A stretch of DNA of 64,000 nt from Callorhinchus milii (taxonomy: Eukaryota). Positions 47,508 through 60,172 of this stretch are shown one piece after another (within the stretch, counting starts at the first letter, position 1; the number at the start of each line of letters is the position of its first letter). Under the pieces are notes generated by a model. That model ran no database searches, was not told the origin of the DNA, and was given only the letters and a program-made list of their open reading frames with translations. Where the stretch lies: contig NW_024704742.1 in NCBI RefSeq assembly GCF_018977255.1, forward strand, positions 372,001-436,000. The letters run 5' to 3'. The position numbers and the translations under genes were made by a program.

Positions 47508-49658
47508 GTAAACCGGCTACAAATCTCCTCTGCAATGGGTCTAACTCCCTCCACAGGAACTCTTCTTGGTATTGTTTACTTTAAGCTTTTCAGGTTCAAC
47601 TCTCAGAATGCATGCAGTGAGGTGTGAGACATCAGTTTTACAGGGACTAAATCATCATGTTGTTTGGGTGCTTGGCATTTACAACACCACAGACTGTTTT
47701 TACATCACTATGAGCTATGATGCAAACACTTCACAGACATCGTTTCTCAGTGCTGGAGATAGAAAACCATACTTGAGTGCCCATTACTATTTAGTTTGTT
47801 GTGTTAAGGGATTTATCTGAACTGTGCAAATATTGTTATGAATGTATTCATGATACTATAATAAAAATAAATCTTATTTGCACTATTCGGAAAAACAAGG
47901 CACTACTGTCCCCAAGAGATAAAAATATTTGAATACACAACTATTTTGTACGATTTGTACCTCGCTGTTTTTTTCTTGCACACCCTGGAGAAGGATATTT
48001 TTTGTCTTTCGGTTAAATATCTTCTCTGCACAGAACTGAAGCCACTTGACAGGAATTTTGTCAAGTGTTTTGTAAATACTGATATTTATCAAATGTTGGG
48101 TAAGTGCTGGCACTTGGTTCGGGGGTGGAAGAGAGAGAGGAAGAACAATAACTATGACTTCACAGATATCACATTATATAATTGAAATTTTAGTGACTGC
48201 ACATAATGCAGTGGTGGAAACTCTATGAAGTACAGTAACATACTCCACAATGAATCGTTTTAGGATTCCATGATTGATAGAATACATTGTGTGGAGAAGT
48301 TCATCGGTATTAACCTAATTTATTTTTTTGTGGATATTTTTAATTGAGTCAATTGGATGACAAATGTTGGAGCACTGCAAGCATTCTGCAAGATTGGTTG
48401 AACTTGTCTGCGGCTCATTTCATTAACTAACGCATAGATTTGCCTCAATCCGCAGGTGATTTTAATTGAGCCATCTTTGTTCATCTGATCTAATGCTCCA
48501 TCTCCATAACCTGTATGTGGTGAAGACAAATTTGCAACTGGTCTTGTAATCAAAGCTTCTATTTCTGCTTGTCAACCTAAACTGAATCACTGTGGGGAAA
48601 ATCGCAGTCAAATTGATCAAATGCTATACTTTCCTTATGTGCTTAAATACCTCTTTGTAGACTTATTTATCTTAATGTGAAATGGAAGCAGTCAATATAA
48701 TGTAGCATTTCTGCCTAGAATTGTTAGTGAACGTAAAGGTGAGGTACAGTTTTTAAATGTAGTTGGAAATGAGTAAAACATACTGTTGGGGGGCGTCCTC
48801 CCGACGTGAAAGGCGCTATACAAATGTAATAATGTATTGCAGCAGCACAATCTAAGTTATCTCTGTATCACTAGGCTGGTTAGTGGTGGCAGGAGAACTG
48901 TTGGTATTTCTATTCCTCAAATCTATTTTATCCATATTTAAATGCACATGTAAAGCCATCATTGGTCTCAGCTACAATGCCACCTTTCTCTCATCAAATT
49001 TTCTGCTTGGTCTTGTTTGAACTTGTGCATAAGGTAATTGCAGGATAGAAATTTCTCCACTGTGGACAAGGTTTTACTCCTGTTTCTATACTGTACCAGA
49101 AACTCAGGGAGATTCCAGCCCATTTTGAACATTAATTATTTTAATTTAAAGCTAATGTTCAAGTTGTAAATTGTCCCCAAATTATTCAAAGCAGAGTTAG
49201 TTTAATGCTTTAATTCCTTGCTAAAATAAATGATTTGAGCAACAGCCTTTCATAATAAATTGAAGTATCAGAACCAATAAACAAGTCCACAGATTGATGT
49301 CGCGTGAAGTTGTTGCAAAATACAATTTAGTTGACCACCCATCCCAAATATTGATAACCAGAAGTTAATAAGAATGGTTGGCGTAAACCCTTGTTGTACC
49401 TTGAGAGATTTACTTTTAAGTTGGCAGTAGAATTTATTCCACGAGTTGTTGAGTACCTTTTGAGAATACAAGGTTTGGGAAAGCCTTTCTTTTTAATGTG
49501 TCATTGCTCATTCCATATTCCAAAACAATTCTGTCTGCTCAAGTACCAGGTGATTGTGATTGGGATGTAATTCAAACTAACAGACGACGTTAGCAGTTAC
49601 GGTGCATACGGTGTAATCAAGAGTAATTCTGAACTTTTCAATTTTTCTGTGGTATCAG

Positions 49659-49903
49659 TTCCCTGAGGAGACAGAATATGACCTGTTGTCAGTCACCGTT
49701 GACAGTCCGATTCATTATTCACCCATCAGTGAACATTCTGTGTTCAGTTCACCCAACACCCCACATGTCTTTTCACAAAGACTTGCCTTCCAGCTGGATG
49801 ATGTCAGACGAGACGACAGTCTGTCGTCTTCCAGTGAAGACTCTGACCGGGAAGACGAGTACGAGCGAGAAAGAGAAAGATCTCAAAGCAACAGGCGGAC
49901 GCC
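49659..49903 (+). CDS. BLTP1: BLTP1 exon w42 (245 nt)
   Basis: tcag|FPEETEYDLLSVT...RRDDSLSSSSEDS...NRRT|gtaagc. Confidence 0.93.
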
Positions 49904-49954
49904 GTAAGCATTTCTATTCCGTTTATCGACTAGTTCAAAAAAAAGTTTCCAAAG

Positions 49955-50365
49955 TTCAACTAAACGGTGATTATCCAGAGCTCTGCAGCTCGCGTTCTCT
50001 TCCCGCACCAGGCTCCGCAAACCAGTCACTCCCATTCTTCCCGGCTTCACTGGCTCCACATCCCTCAAGAGAATCGAGTACAAAGCCCTCGTTCTCACTT
50101 TCTGAGCCTTCCACGGACTTGCTCCCCCCCCCCCCCCCCACCACCTCTCCGACTGCTAACCCCAGAGCAGCCTGTCCGGTCCCTCCGCTTGGCAGTTTCT
50201 GGCCTTCAGGTCCCCTGCACTTCCCACCCACATTGCCGATCGGGCATTCAGCATCTCTGCACCCACACTCTGCAACTTTATCCCGCAATCACTCCGCCTC
50301 ACCCCCACCTCTCGTGCCTCCTTCAAGTCCCGTCTAAAGACCTTCCTCTTCGAACCGTGCCTTTT
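49955..50365 (+). mobile_element. L2-clade LINE 3' fragment
   Basis: IQSSAARVL...LHWL motif and downstream ttcaagtcccgtctaaagaccttcctcttc (FKSRLKTFLF). Confidence 0.78.
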
Positions 50366-50463
50366 TTCAATCCAGACACCTACAGTAGATTTTGTGGTAA
50401 AGTTAGTTAGGGCTGTGCTTAAGCATTGAGTTCCTGAGAATAACTACGTTGAATTTAATGCAG

Positions 50464-50679
50464 ACATGCCATGCGCAAAAAGGTTGGTGGGTTATCTGCG
50501 ATGCAGCAGCTCTTCAGTGACCGATGGCCCACAACACCGATAGCCAGATCTTCGTTAAATGCTGCAACAGAAAGAAACATTGATTTTGACCTCGATATTA
50601 GAGTTGAGATCGACAGTGGCAAATGCGTACTGCATCCAACTACACAGCAACAAGAACATGAGGAAATCAATTTAAAAAG
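50464..50679 (+). CDS. BLTP1: BLTP1 exon w43 (216 nt)
   Basis: gcag|HAMRKK...DIRVEIDSGKCVLHPTT...INLK|gtgagt. Confidence 0.93.
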
Positions 50680-51119
50680 GTGAGTGTATTTTCTGGTACT
50701 TTGAAGGGTTTATGTAAGATACGTTGTATGTGAGACGAGGAAATTAATTGTTTTTAAGCAGCTATTTGTATATCAATAATGTTCATTGATAGATTTTTTT
50801 AAAAAAATAAACGCAGTTAAAATGCAGGTTTGACCTCTTTGGCCTGTGCTGATTTAGATTTTAGCTAAAGCAACTGGAAATATTAAAAAAATATGGTTCC
50901 GTGAGGCTGAGGCAGTTTATGGCCATTTTGTTGTGCCTTAAATAATTCTAAAATAGTGTATATTGGAGAGTAAACGCGATATTTATTAAAATCTAGATAA
51001 ATGTGCCAAATTAATTAGTGTGTAAAGGAAAATATACAGAGTTGCCTGTAGCATTTTACAAAGTAATGTTTTGTTTTTGGAGTGAAAATACCCCCAAATG
51101 GGAAGAAAAGAACACTTTT

Positions 51120-51512
51120 TCTAGGCTCAGTACTTTTGCCTCCAAGTCAGAAGGTTGTGGGTTCTTGTCGGGCCTTGGAACACGTAGAGTCTAAACTGAC
51201 ACTGCAGTACAGTCCTGGTGTGTGCAGCAGTGTCGGAGCTGCCGTCCTCTGGATGATATGTTCTCTCTGCCTGTCCAGACGGACGTCGAAGATCCCATCG
51301 CTCCATTCAAAAAGACGAGGGAGTTTCTCACAGCTGACAATCTGCCACAATAAAATCTGGTCGTTCACTCCATGGCTGTTTGTGGGATATTGCGGGGTGC
51401 AAATTGTCTGCCGCCTTTGCCCGCAGAATACCCAGTCACACCCACTTTACAGTATATCCCGTGAAGTGCTTTGAGAAATCCTGACCTTTATCAAATTCAA
51501 AGATTATGATTA
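51120..51512 (+). mobile_element. Deu-domain SINE, near full length
   Basis: gcctccaagtcagaaggttgtgggttc head, gacgtcgaagatcccatcgc core, shared tail. Confidence 0.75.
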
Positions 51513-51638
51513 ATATTGTCAAAACAGGGCTGTTAATTAATATAGTTGTGGCACTCAAAGTAAAAGTTTAACTGAACAGCTTGAAACCCTAGTCCTCCCA
51601 ATTGTACGCTGATGGAATGCGTTTCCATATCTCTGCAG

Positions 51639-51816
51639 AAGCCACGAAAAGAGCTCAAAAAATCTGGAGCAGGAATCGCCACCAAAAAAGAAGCTTCTGG
51701 CAAATTTTCAATCGAGCTCGTACATCCTGAGCGGAAGGAAAGTGCCACATTCTCTTCAGACCAAGAGTACAGACTTTGAAACGACAGTGTTTTATATTCC
51801 AGGAGTTGATGTGAAG
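51639..51816 (+). CDS. BLTP1: BLTP1 exon w44 (178 nt)
   Basis: gcag|SHEKSSKNLEQESP...ETTVFYIPGVDVK|gtaatg. Confidence 0.93.
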
Positions 51817-52047
51817 GTAATGAGCATCACAGTTGAATAGTTTGCCAATGCTCGCTTTCTAGACTGACTGACGTAGGATGAGTATCAGAGGACAAGAAGC
51901 ACCGATGGAATAGGGCCTGAGGATGGGCAAAAACTGCAAACAAATTAACCCCATAATTTGGGGCATCATTTTTATATCATTTCTTAAAGGCTGAGACACA
52001 GTTCACTCCTGATAACTATTCCCTGACTTAGCATTTATTGATGTATT

Positions 52048-52322
52048 TAATAATCCTTGCATTTGATATAGCGCTTTTCACGTCGGGAGGACGTCCCAAA
52101 GCGCTTCACAGAACACACTGTAAAGTGAATTGACTGTATATTTGTGGGCGAACGCGGCAGCCAATTGCGCACAGCAATGTCCCACAAACAGTCGTAGATT
52201 GAAAATGAACAATTTATTATTGTTTTTGGTTTTAGAGGGATTATTATTAGGCTCTGTGTGGAGTAAGGAAACTTGCCCAAGCTTCGCCCTCTGCCTGGAA
52301 TTGAACTCAGGTCTCTCACTTG
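52048..52322 (-). mobile_element. tRNA-Ala SINE, young subfamily, head truncated
   Basis: Nearly identical to 760-1036. Confidence 0.9.
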
Positions 52323-52901
52323 ATTTATACATATGCCTAACTCACCACTCCTGACACGAGTTATCAGAAGATTACTGTACATAGTCTCAATGGATCTGCT
52401 TGATTTATCTTCGTACTGTTCAGTATGATTTGAGTATCTAACAGCCATTTAATGTAGTTGAAGAAAGCCATTTATCATAATTTTTTATATAGATTGTTCC
52501 TTTCTACTGATTAACATCAGACATCCCATCATAGCAATATTTTCTTACCTGAAACGACATGTACACTTCACATTTAGGCGTGAGTAAATGAAAATAAAAA
52601 TCCTTGAATAAGTCTTGTACTTTGTTTTTTTGAATGGAAAAAAGACATGAATGAATTGTTGGATATTCTGGATTGACCACTACAGGCTGATAGACTGGAA
52701 AAACTGTATATTTTGAATGATAGGTTATAGAATGGACTTTATATAAAACAAGGAGGCGAACTTGCAGGGAGTAACCTTTAAGAAGCGTAACATTTTGTAC
52801 ATTTGTTTCAATAGTGCATAAACTGTTGATTGTACGGTCACTTTGTTAAATATGAGTTTCACTTAGGGAAGATATTAACACGGCCTCGTCTATCTTAACA
52901 G

Positions 52902-53088
52902 TTACATTACAACTCCAAAACACTGAGGACAGATTCACCAAATGCTTCAAGAGGATCCTCTTTGACCAGAACTTTGTCCAAAGAATCCAAACTATATGGT
53001 ATGAAAGATACTGGCTTTGCTCCTCCATCTACTCCTAACTACAAGACTAACATTCTGCTTCCTCCCCAACCCCCACCTACACCCTCAG
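52902..53088 (+). CDS. BLTP1: BLTP1 exon w45 (187 nt)
   Basis: acag|LHYNSKTL...SKESKLYGMKD...LLPPQPPPTPS|gtacaa. Confidence 0.93.
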
Positions 53089-55752
53089 GTACAAGTGGTT
53101 ATCTATCCTTTCTAATCCACTCTCTCAGCTTTATACATCTGTATAAATGTACCTGCTTGGCTTTGTGCGTTAGCTCTGTGAACTTCTATTATGATGCACG
53201 TGTTCTGTAAGTATTACTGAGCTTTAGTTACAAATGAGGATGTTCACAGCAACAAATATTATTCAAGTAAGGTTTCTCAATTTTGCCAAAAGGGTTTGCA
53301 TGAATGTTTGTGTCGGTGATGGCACTGATATAATTAATGAGACACAGGATTAGTTAAGTGAACATTTGCAGGATTCTTGCATGCATTATTGCAGGCATGA
53401 TTGGGTACTCTATGCAGCGAACGTCTAAATGTACCACTTTAAATCTAACATAGTGACAGATTGTGTGAAAATCAGTCATTAAAAGAGAGGTGTGACATTG
53501 CCCATCTAAGCTGTTCGGCATATTTACATCAGGTTCAGTGTGAGGCTAGAGGTGTTAGTTGATACAAAACAGATGAAATAAATTACTGCAATAACTAGCA
53601 CCCATCCATGTAAAATGATCAAACTGCATTTTTTCCTATATTGTATGTTGCTTCCTTCCAAGTAATATTTGTAGTCTGTCTACTGTAACTTGTATCTTAG
53701 TTCCATTTCTCCCAATAGTTACTTCAGTGAGTTTCGTTTGTGTTTAAAAGTCTGTTTAGTTCATTCCCCCGAGAATTTTTAAGTGCCTTAAATGTGGCAC
53801 AACTATCCTGACACCTAGTTTATAAACATTACTAATTCCAAGTGGAGACACACATCAACCAATGTCTATTCATTCAAAATGATACTTTACTGTAGGAAAA
53901 GATATACCTATAACCAGTTCTCCAAACAGTTTGAATCTCTTAATTTGGTGTATATATAAATATTGCACAAGTCGACCCGTGTAAAGCACATTGCCCTGGC
54001 TAACCACCAATTTTTCTGAGCCTTTTCTCTCTTGTCTAGCTATTATTCAAAACTGCTATTCAATACTTCTTTGCCGAGGGGAGAAAGCAGATTTACAATT
54101 ATTTATTGTTTGTATTCAGGCTGATTTGTTATATAACCACAGATTACTCATTCAAAATGTGTTACATATGAAAGTGTACTTTTTAAGCATGGTGACCAGT
54201 GTTCACTCAATATGACCAATATAATGTTTTGATCTGATTTAGAAAATGTTTTAGCTTGATAAAAAAAAATCAGTGAAATGTACCACAGGGACATAGAAAA
54301 CAGGAGGAAGGGAAGGAGCCCAATGGCGCCTGTTCCAGCAGTTCATCAGGTCTCAGTAGATCTTAATTCCCACCCTTTCATAGTATCCCTTAATTCCTCT
54401 GTTACCTGGGTTACCTGTTGGCACATCTCCTGACGTGAAAGGCACTGTGCCATATGTAAGGAATATTATTAATAAGTATCTTCTCTATTTCTTTTAAATT
54501 TCCCTTTTGTTTGCGCCTCTGCAGCTGTCTGGGGCAGAGTATTCCACATCTTCACAACCTTCCGTACGGGAAACGCTTCCTGAACTCGGTTCTAAACTCC
54601 TTAGTTCCAATTGTAAGGCTGCACCACTTTGGAGTGGATCCCTCTACCAAAGGAACGAGTTGTCCACTAATCTAACCTATCAATTAATATCTTTATTTTA
54701 AATACCTCAGTTAAACCAAACCACCATTAGAGATTCATAAACTTGGCAACATTTGTGGTTTTGTTTTTAGTTTTGTGTTTCTCATCTTGAACTTCAAATG
54801 CTTAGGATCTGACAAACATCTGAGTGAGTTTTCTGAGTTGCACTATACTTGAGTTGTTATCTTGGTTTAGTTGATTGCACCTTTGTCTCAGGATTATAAG
54901 GCTGTTTTCTTCACAGCATAATTTGAGCTCATGCTTCAGGCTAACGTCTGAAGTCCTGGGGCGCCTCTACATTTTCAGAAGTGCCATTTTTTGCGTAAGG
55001 CATTAACTGAAGTCTTGGCTGTCTTTTGAGATGAACGTTAAAGATCCCAAGACACTATTTCAAAAGAGAAAGGAGTTTCTCCTGATGTCCTTGCAAACAA
55101 TCCTCCAGATGTTGGTAATTGTGGGACCTCGCTGTTTGGAAAATTGGCTGCTCACTCGCTTGCAAATACAGAGATAATGCACTTTACAGCAATTACTTCT
55201 GAAGCATGTTTTTGAAATGCAGTTATGACATGTGCCCTTCAAATACCTAAACCTGACTTTTCTTGTCCTCCCACCTACCATATGGGGCCATATTGTTCTA
55301 TATTTAGCTTTGCTGTCCATTCAGCATCTTATGTATGTCGCTAAGATCCGTTTGAGTTTTTCCTTCCATCACAGAGGGTAATCAATAGTTAGAATGGGTT
55401 ACCAGGAAGGCTGGTGAGTCCTGGAAGCTGAACTGATTTAAGGAACCACTGCGGCATTGGGGGGAGATGGTAGGATTGGTGTGCCGGGAGTTTGAGATTT
55501 AATAAACTGAATGGATTTCTTCAATCAAACCTCCTCATTGTAACAGCTATTATAGTTTCATTGAATCTGATGTTTTTTATAACACTGATGAATAAAATGT
55601 TGTAAACATATTTTTTAGTTGGACTGTGCGTCACGCTGGTTAATGACAAATCTTGTAGCTGCTGTCATTTTGAAATGAGAAGTATTATATGTATGAATTG
55701 CACACATTTTAGATTATTGTGACTAAATTATAATATTTGATAATTCATGCAG

Positions 55753-55914
55753 CGAAAGGAAAAGCAACTGGAGGAGTGAAAACAGCAAAGCTTTACGCTT
55801 GGGTAGCTCTGCAGTCCCTTCCTGAGGAGATGGTAATCAGTCCTTGCTTGCTGGATTTTGTGGAGAAAGCTCTGGAAACCATTCCCATCACTCCAATTGA
55901 CAGGAATTACCCGA
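55753..55914 (+). CDS. BLTP1: BLTP1 exon w46 (162 nt)
   Basis: gcag|AKGKATGGVKTAKLYAWVALQSLPEEM...DRNYP|gtaagg. Confidence 0.93.
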
Positions 55915-56814
55915 GTAAGGATTTTTTCTTCAATGAGAATTGTAAATAATCAGTTCATTCATCAGAATTTACCTACATCTAGAGTCCTAGATGATTGCTA
56001 GTCTTTTTTTAAATAAAACTTAATGTTAATGAAATGTATGTGAATGATGAGTTAATTTTGCTATGAAAATTGTTTTCAACTGTAATTCAGATGCAGAATG
56101 CACATTTAAACATAGCATATGTGCCCTCCTGATGAGTTTCTGTGCGACCGGAAGTGCGGTTTAGCTTCCTGTAATCGAGTAACTCACATATACGTATACT
56201 TTATATTTAGATAAAATGTCTACACACAATATTTTCTATTGCGTGAGCTCGAGCATTAAGGATGGCCACTTGGGCAGGTAACTAAAGCCCATACTACAGT
56301 GTCCTTACTACTGAATACCTGCCTAGTGAAAGGAAAGAGGAGTTAAACACGTTCAGGAGAGGTGGGAAGAAAATTGGAAAGTAGGGAAAATAAAACCCTA
56401 ATGTGGAGGACAGATTTATGATACCCACACTAATTAGATGGGTCTCATTGTGAATATTAAATCAGCACAGATACCACCGGATCATCAAACAAAATACAAT
56501 GTACAGGACTAACTAAAAACTTTTTTCATCACGAGTTGTCTGTCACTGTACCAACGTTTTTCCTTTTCCCTCCTCATACACAGTGCTAACTTGTTCTGTG
56601 TGTGTATTTGTCTCTCTCTCTCTCTCTCTCTCACTCGCTTGTATGCATTGTAACCAGATTGACACTCTGATTGCTTGTATTCATATTCACTGCACGGAAT
56701 CTCCTATTTAGAAATACCAAATGATAAGCGAATGGTTGTAAATTGTCACTGAATTTCAGATTTGAGAAATGGTGATCTTTAGTTTATCGTGGACACAATT
56801 TATCTCGTTTTTAG

Positions 56815-56957
56815 CAGCTCTCAGCTCTCATGATGAAGATGTGGGGCAATTTGATCTTCAAGATCATTTGGAGGAATCAACAACCTCCCTCGTGTCATCA
56901 TCTGCGTCGGCATACACCTCATTTCCTGTGGATGTTGTTGTGTACGTGAGGGTACAG
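56815..56957 (+). CDS. BLTP1: BLTP1 exon w47 (143 nt; alternative start 56818)
   Basis: ttag|cag ALSSHDED...SFPVDVVVYVRVQ|gtgagc. Confidence 0.9.
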
Positions 56958-57473
56958 GTGAGCATTTAGTACTTAATATTCTTAATTTGCTCATCATTCT
57001 TATCAATAAGTCTTGGGAATAGAACACTATGCTGTTCAATATATTTTGGAAAATTGTTTTGATGTCAGCTTTGGCTCACCTCTCGGGACAGAAGTTGTAG
57101 GTTCAGACCCCATGTCAGAACTTGTTATAGCACAGAATTAACAACAACAACAAAATTACATTTGTATAGCGCCTTTCACGTCGGGAGGACGTCCCAAGGC
57201 TCTGGTAGGTCATTCAGTCCACTGTCTGTGCTAGTCTTATTCTCTACCTGAGCCAGTCTAATCCCACTCATACTCACTCCCTTTACCCTTTCATTTCCAT
57301 CCTCTTGAAACTTCTGGCTAATTCCTTATTGAAAGAATTTATTGCTTCGACAAGGACATGTGGCAGCCAATTCCGAGCCGAAGGAGGCCATTCATTTATG
57401 TGAATCAGTATGTTGTGCGAATTTGCTGAAATACGTAACTTTGTATTTTATGAATCTTATTTGTGTTTCGTAG

Positions 57474-57672
57474 CCTTCGCAGATCAAGTTCAGCTGTTTG
57501 CCAGTATCGCGAGTGGAGTGTATGCTGAAGCTGCCCTCCCTGGACCTGGTGTTCTCCTCCAACAGAGGTGAATTGGAAACCCTGGGCGTCTCTCATGCAG
57601 ATGTAACTCACGGGTCTGCCACCAATATACCACTTGCTCAGACAGTATTAAAGTCTTCAGCTAACAAGACAG
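57474..57672 (+). CDS. BLTP1: BLTP1 exon w48 (199 nt)
   Basis: gtag|PSQIKFSCLPVSRVECMLKLPSLDL...ANKT|gtgcgt. Confidence 0.94.
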
Positions 57673-57799
57673 GTGCGTAAGATAATGGATACACCATGTA
57701 ATGCAGCGCAAGACGGAAAATTCTACTTTGACTCATCAGTGCATATTGAAAGGTGTAATAAATGTGAGACGTTGTCACCTTGTCTAAAGGAAAAATGTT

Positions 57800-58425
57800 A
57801 AAGCTTTAGAGGAGATGCAGAGGAGGTTTACGAGAATGATTCCAGGGATGAAGCGCTACAGTTATGAGGAGAGATTAGAGAGGCTGTGTCTGTTTTCAAT
57901 GAAGCAGAGAAGGTTGAGGGGGATCTGATCGAGGTGTGCAAAATCATGAGGTTTTTGTTACGGTAAATAATAATATAATAATAATCCTTACAATTGGTAT
58001 AGCACATTACATTATGACGTCTTCGAGACATCTCAAAGCGCTTCACAGAATACACTATAAAGTGAATTGACTGTATATTTTATGGCCGACTAGATGAGGT
58101 TAGTTATTTCCACTGCTTGGGAAGTCAGTAGCTCGGGTTACATAGATATGAGTTGCTACTAGAAGAGAGAAAGTGGAACTTAGAAGGATTTTTTTCACCC
58201 AGAGAGCAGTTGGGATGTGGAACCCCGCAGTGGTAGCTTTCAATAGGGGAGTAAGCAGGCGTTTGAAAGAGACAAGCTTGAATGGGTACGAGGATAAGGT
58301 GAAGAAGCAGTGGGTTTGAATTGATCTCCTTGCTCTGAGCACTCGATGGTTTGAATTGATCTTGCTCTGAGCACTGTGAACTCGATGGGCCTAATGGCCT
58401 CCTTCTGATGCATACATGTTCTGTG
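57800..58425 (+). mobile_element. CR1-type LINE 3' fragment interrupted by a SINE tail
   Basis: QRRFTRMIPGMK.YSYEERLERL..FS..QRRLRGDLIEV.KIMR, resuming after 58097 (LFPL..KSVAR); tail gatgggcctaatggcctccttctg. Confidence 0.8.
57968..58086 (-). mobile_element. SINE 3' fragment nested in CR1
   Basis: ataataatcctta..gacgtcttcgagacatctcaaagcgcttcacaga..gaattgactgtatattt. Confidence 0.8.
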
Positions 58426-58663
58426 TATCTATTCACACCGCTCCAGTATTTTCTTTCCTCCCACCATTTCCATTGGGTACTTGATCTTCTCAACTGCAAG
58501 ACCTTCGGATTGAAGTTCAACAATATAAATTAAATCAATACAAGTTTAATAACCAGCAGTGTGAGTGGTGGAAAGTGATAGTTAGGATGAGGGCCTGTCG
58601 ATCACTTTGCATTGTACTTTTGAGTAGCTCTTGAGCTAATTTAATCATTTCTCTCTGATAAAG

Positions 58664-58867
58664 GTCCATCGAGTGGATTAGGAAGCCCTCTTGGAAGAAG
58701 CCGACATAGCAGCAGCCAATCCGATCTCACTTATCCCAGCACCAGCTCATCAGGCTTGAGTTTTACAGCTTGTATGTCTGATTTTTCCTTATATGTGTTT
58801 CACCCATATGGAACTGGGAAACAGAAAACAACCGTCGGTGGTCTGACCCCTGGATCAAGTGTTCTAG
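58664..58867 (+). CDS. BLTP1: BLTP1 exon w49 (204 nt)
   Basis: aaag|GPSSGLGSPLGRSRHSSSQSDL...SLYVFHPYG...SSVL|gtaaaa. Confidence 0.92.
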
Positions 58868-59464
58868 GTAAAAACACTGAGGGATCCAAACATGTTTGTT
58901 GTATGGTTTGGTGTGCTGCTTCTGCAAGTTTTGTTGTGTGGTAGGAATATTTTCACAGTAGCTGTTTCAATTTCTATAAGTATTTGCTAAAAACTATCAT
59001 TGTACTTAGCCGGCTATCCTACAGTAAGTATAAGTCCGTGAAGTGTTGAGCAAGGTCCACTCGTCTCGAGAATTTTGGATCGGGTCAGGCCGATCAATAA
59101 AAACTATTTACAAGGTCCTTTTTATTTTAGGATGTTTGACAAAATAATTCTGTATATATGTGTATATTTTTCCCTCATTCGGCAACCTCCACATACTGCT
59201 GGGTTAACCTCTGGCATTAGGCCAGGAGTTTCCAGAATATGGACATTTTTTTAAAAAAAAGACATGTGTTTTTCCATGTTCCATCTGATTACGTAAAGAG
59301 TGGACAACCTGAAACGTTTTGGAGTACTTTTCAAGTGGACTGCTCAGGCCATGATTCCCAAGCCTTGGGCATTCTTTAGATGGGACAATGACACAGAGAA
59401 GCAGTGAGGAGGCAATTTACAGATTAAGGAGAGAGAATAAACGCATGGATTTCTCATGTCATAG

Positions 59465-59644
59465 GTATCACTGATGAAGATGCTGCCTCTGTCACTGGCC
59501 GTAAGGATTCTCTGAGCATTAATCTTGAATTTGTGAAAGTGAGCTTATCTCGAATGAGACGCTCTGGAGGAGCTTCGTTCTTTGACAGCCAAACGTCACT
59601 CAAAGGAGGCGGCAAGATGGAGACCACGCTGATTAACATATCTG
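59465..59644 (+). CDS. BLTP1: BLTP1 exon w50 (180 nt)
   Basis: atag|GITDEDAASVTGRKDSLSINLEFVKVSLSR...TLINIS|gtacaa. Confidence 0.93.
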
Positions 59645-59779
59645 GTACAATTCATAACTTGGCTTCTTTATATTTTTCTACAGTGGACAAGTTTTAGTAA
59701 CTTCGACTCAGTTTGCTTTTTTTAAAGTTTTTGTTTTCTAAAGCACGTGCAATATTGGGAATAAAAAAATTGCTTTAAG

Positions 59780-60172
59780 TAATCATTAGAATTAATATAG
59801 CACTTTCCGTGTCAAGAGGATACTTCAAATTATTTGTTTAGAGTGTATTTTGTAAAGTGAGTGACTGTGTATATTTGTGGCAATTTGCGCACAGTAAATT
59901 GTACAAAGAGACATGAAGTGAACCAATTCTACTTTTCACCGGGACACTGGGAGAAACTCCCTTCACATTTTGAATGGCACCAGTACGATCTTTAACATCC
60001 ACCTTTACAGGTAGATAGAACCTCGGTTTAATGTATCATCTGAAGGATGGCATTCCCATCACTGCACTGGAGTGTCAGCCTCGACTATGCGAGTTCCAAG
60101 TCTCAGCACGTGGCTTGAACTCACAACCTTCTGACTCGGAGGCAAGAGTGCAACCAACTGAGCCAGGCTGAT
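59780..60172 (-). mobile_element. Deu-domain SINE, near full length
   Basis: gatctttaacatccacc..cctcggtttaatg..cacaaccttctgactcggaggcaagagtgcaaccaactgagcca. Confidence 0.75.
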
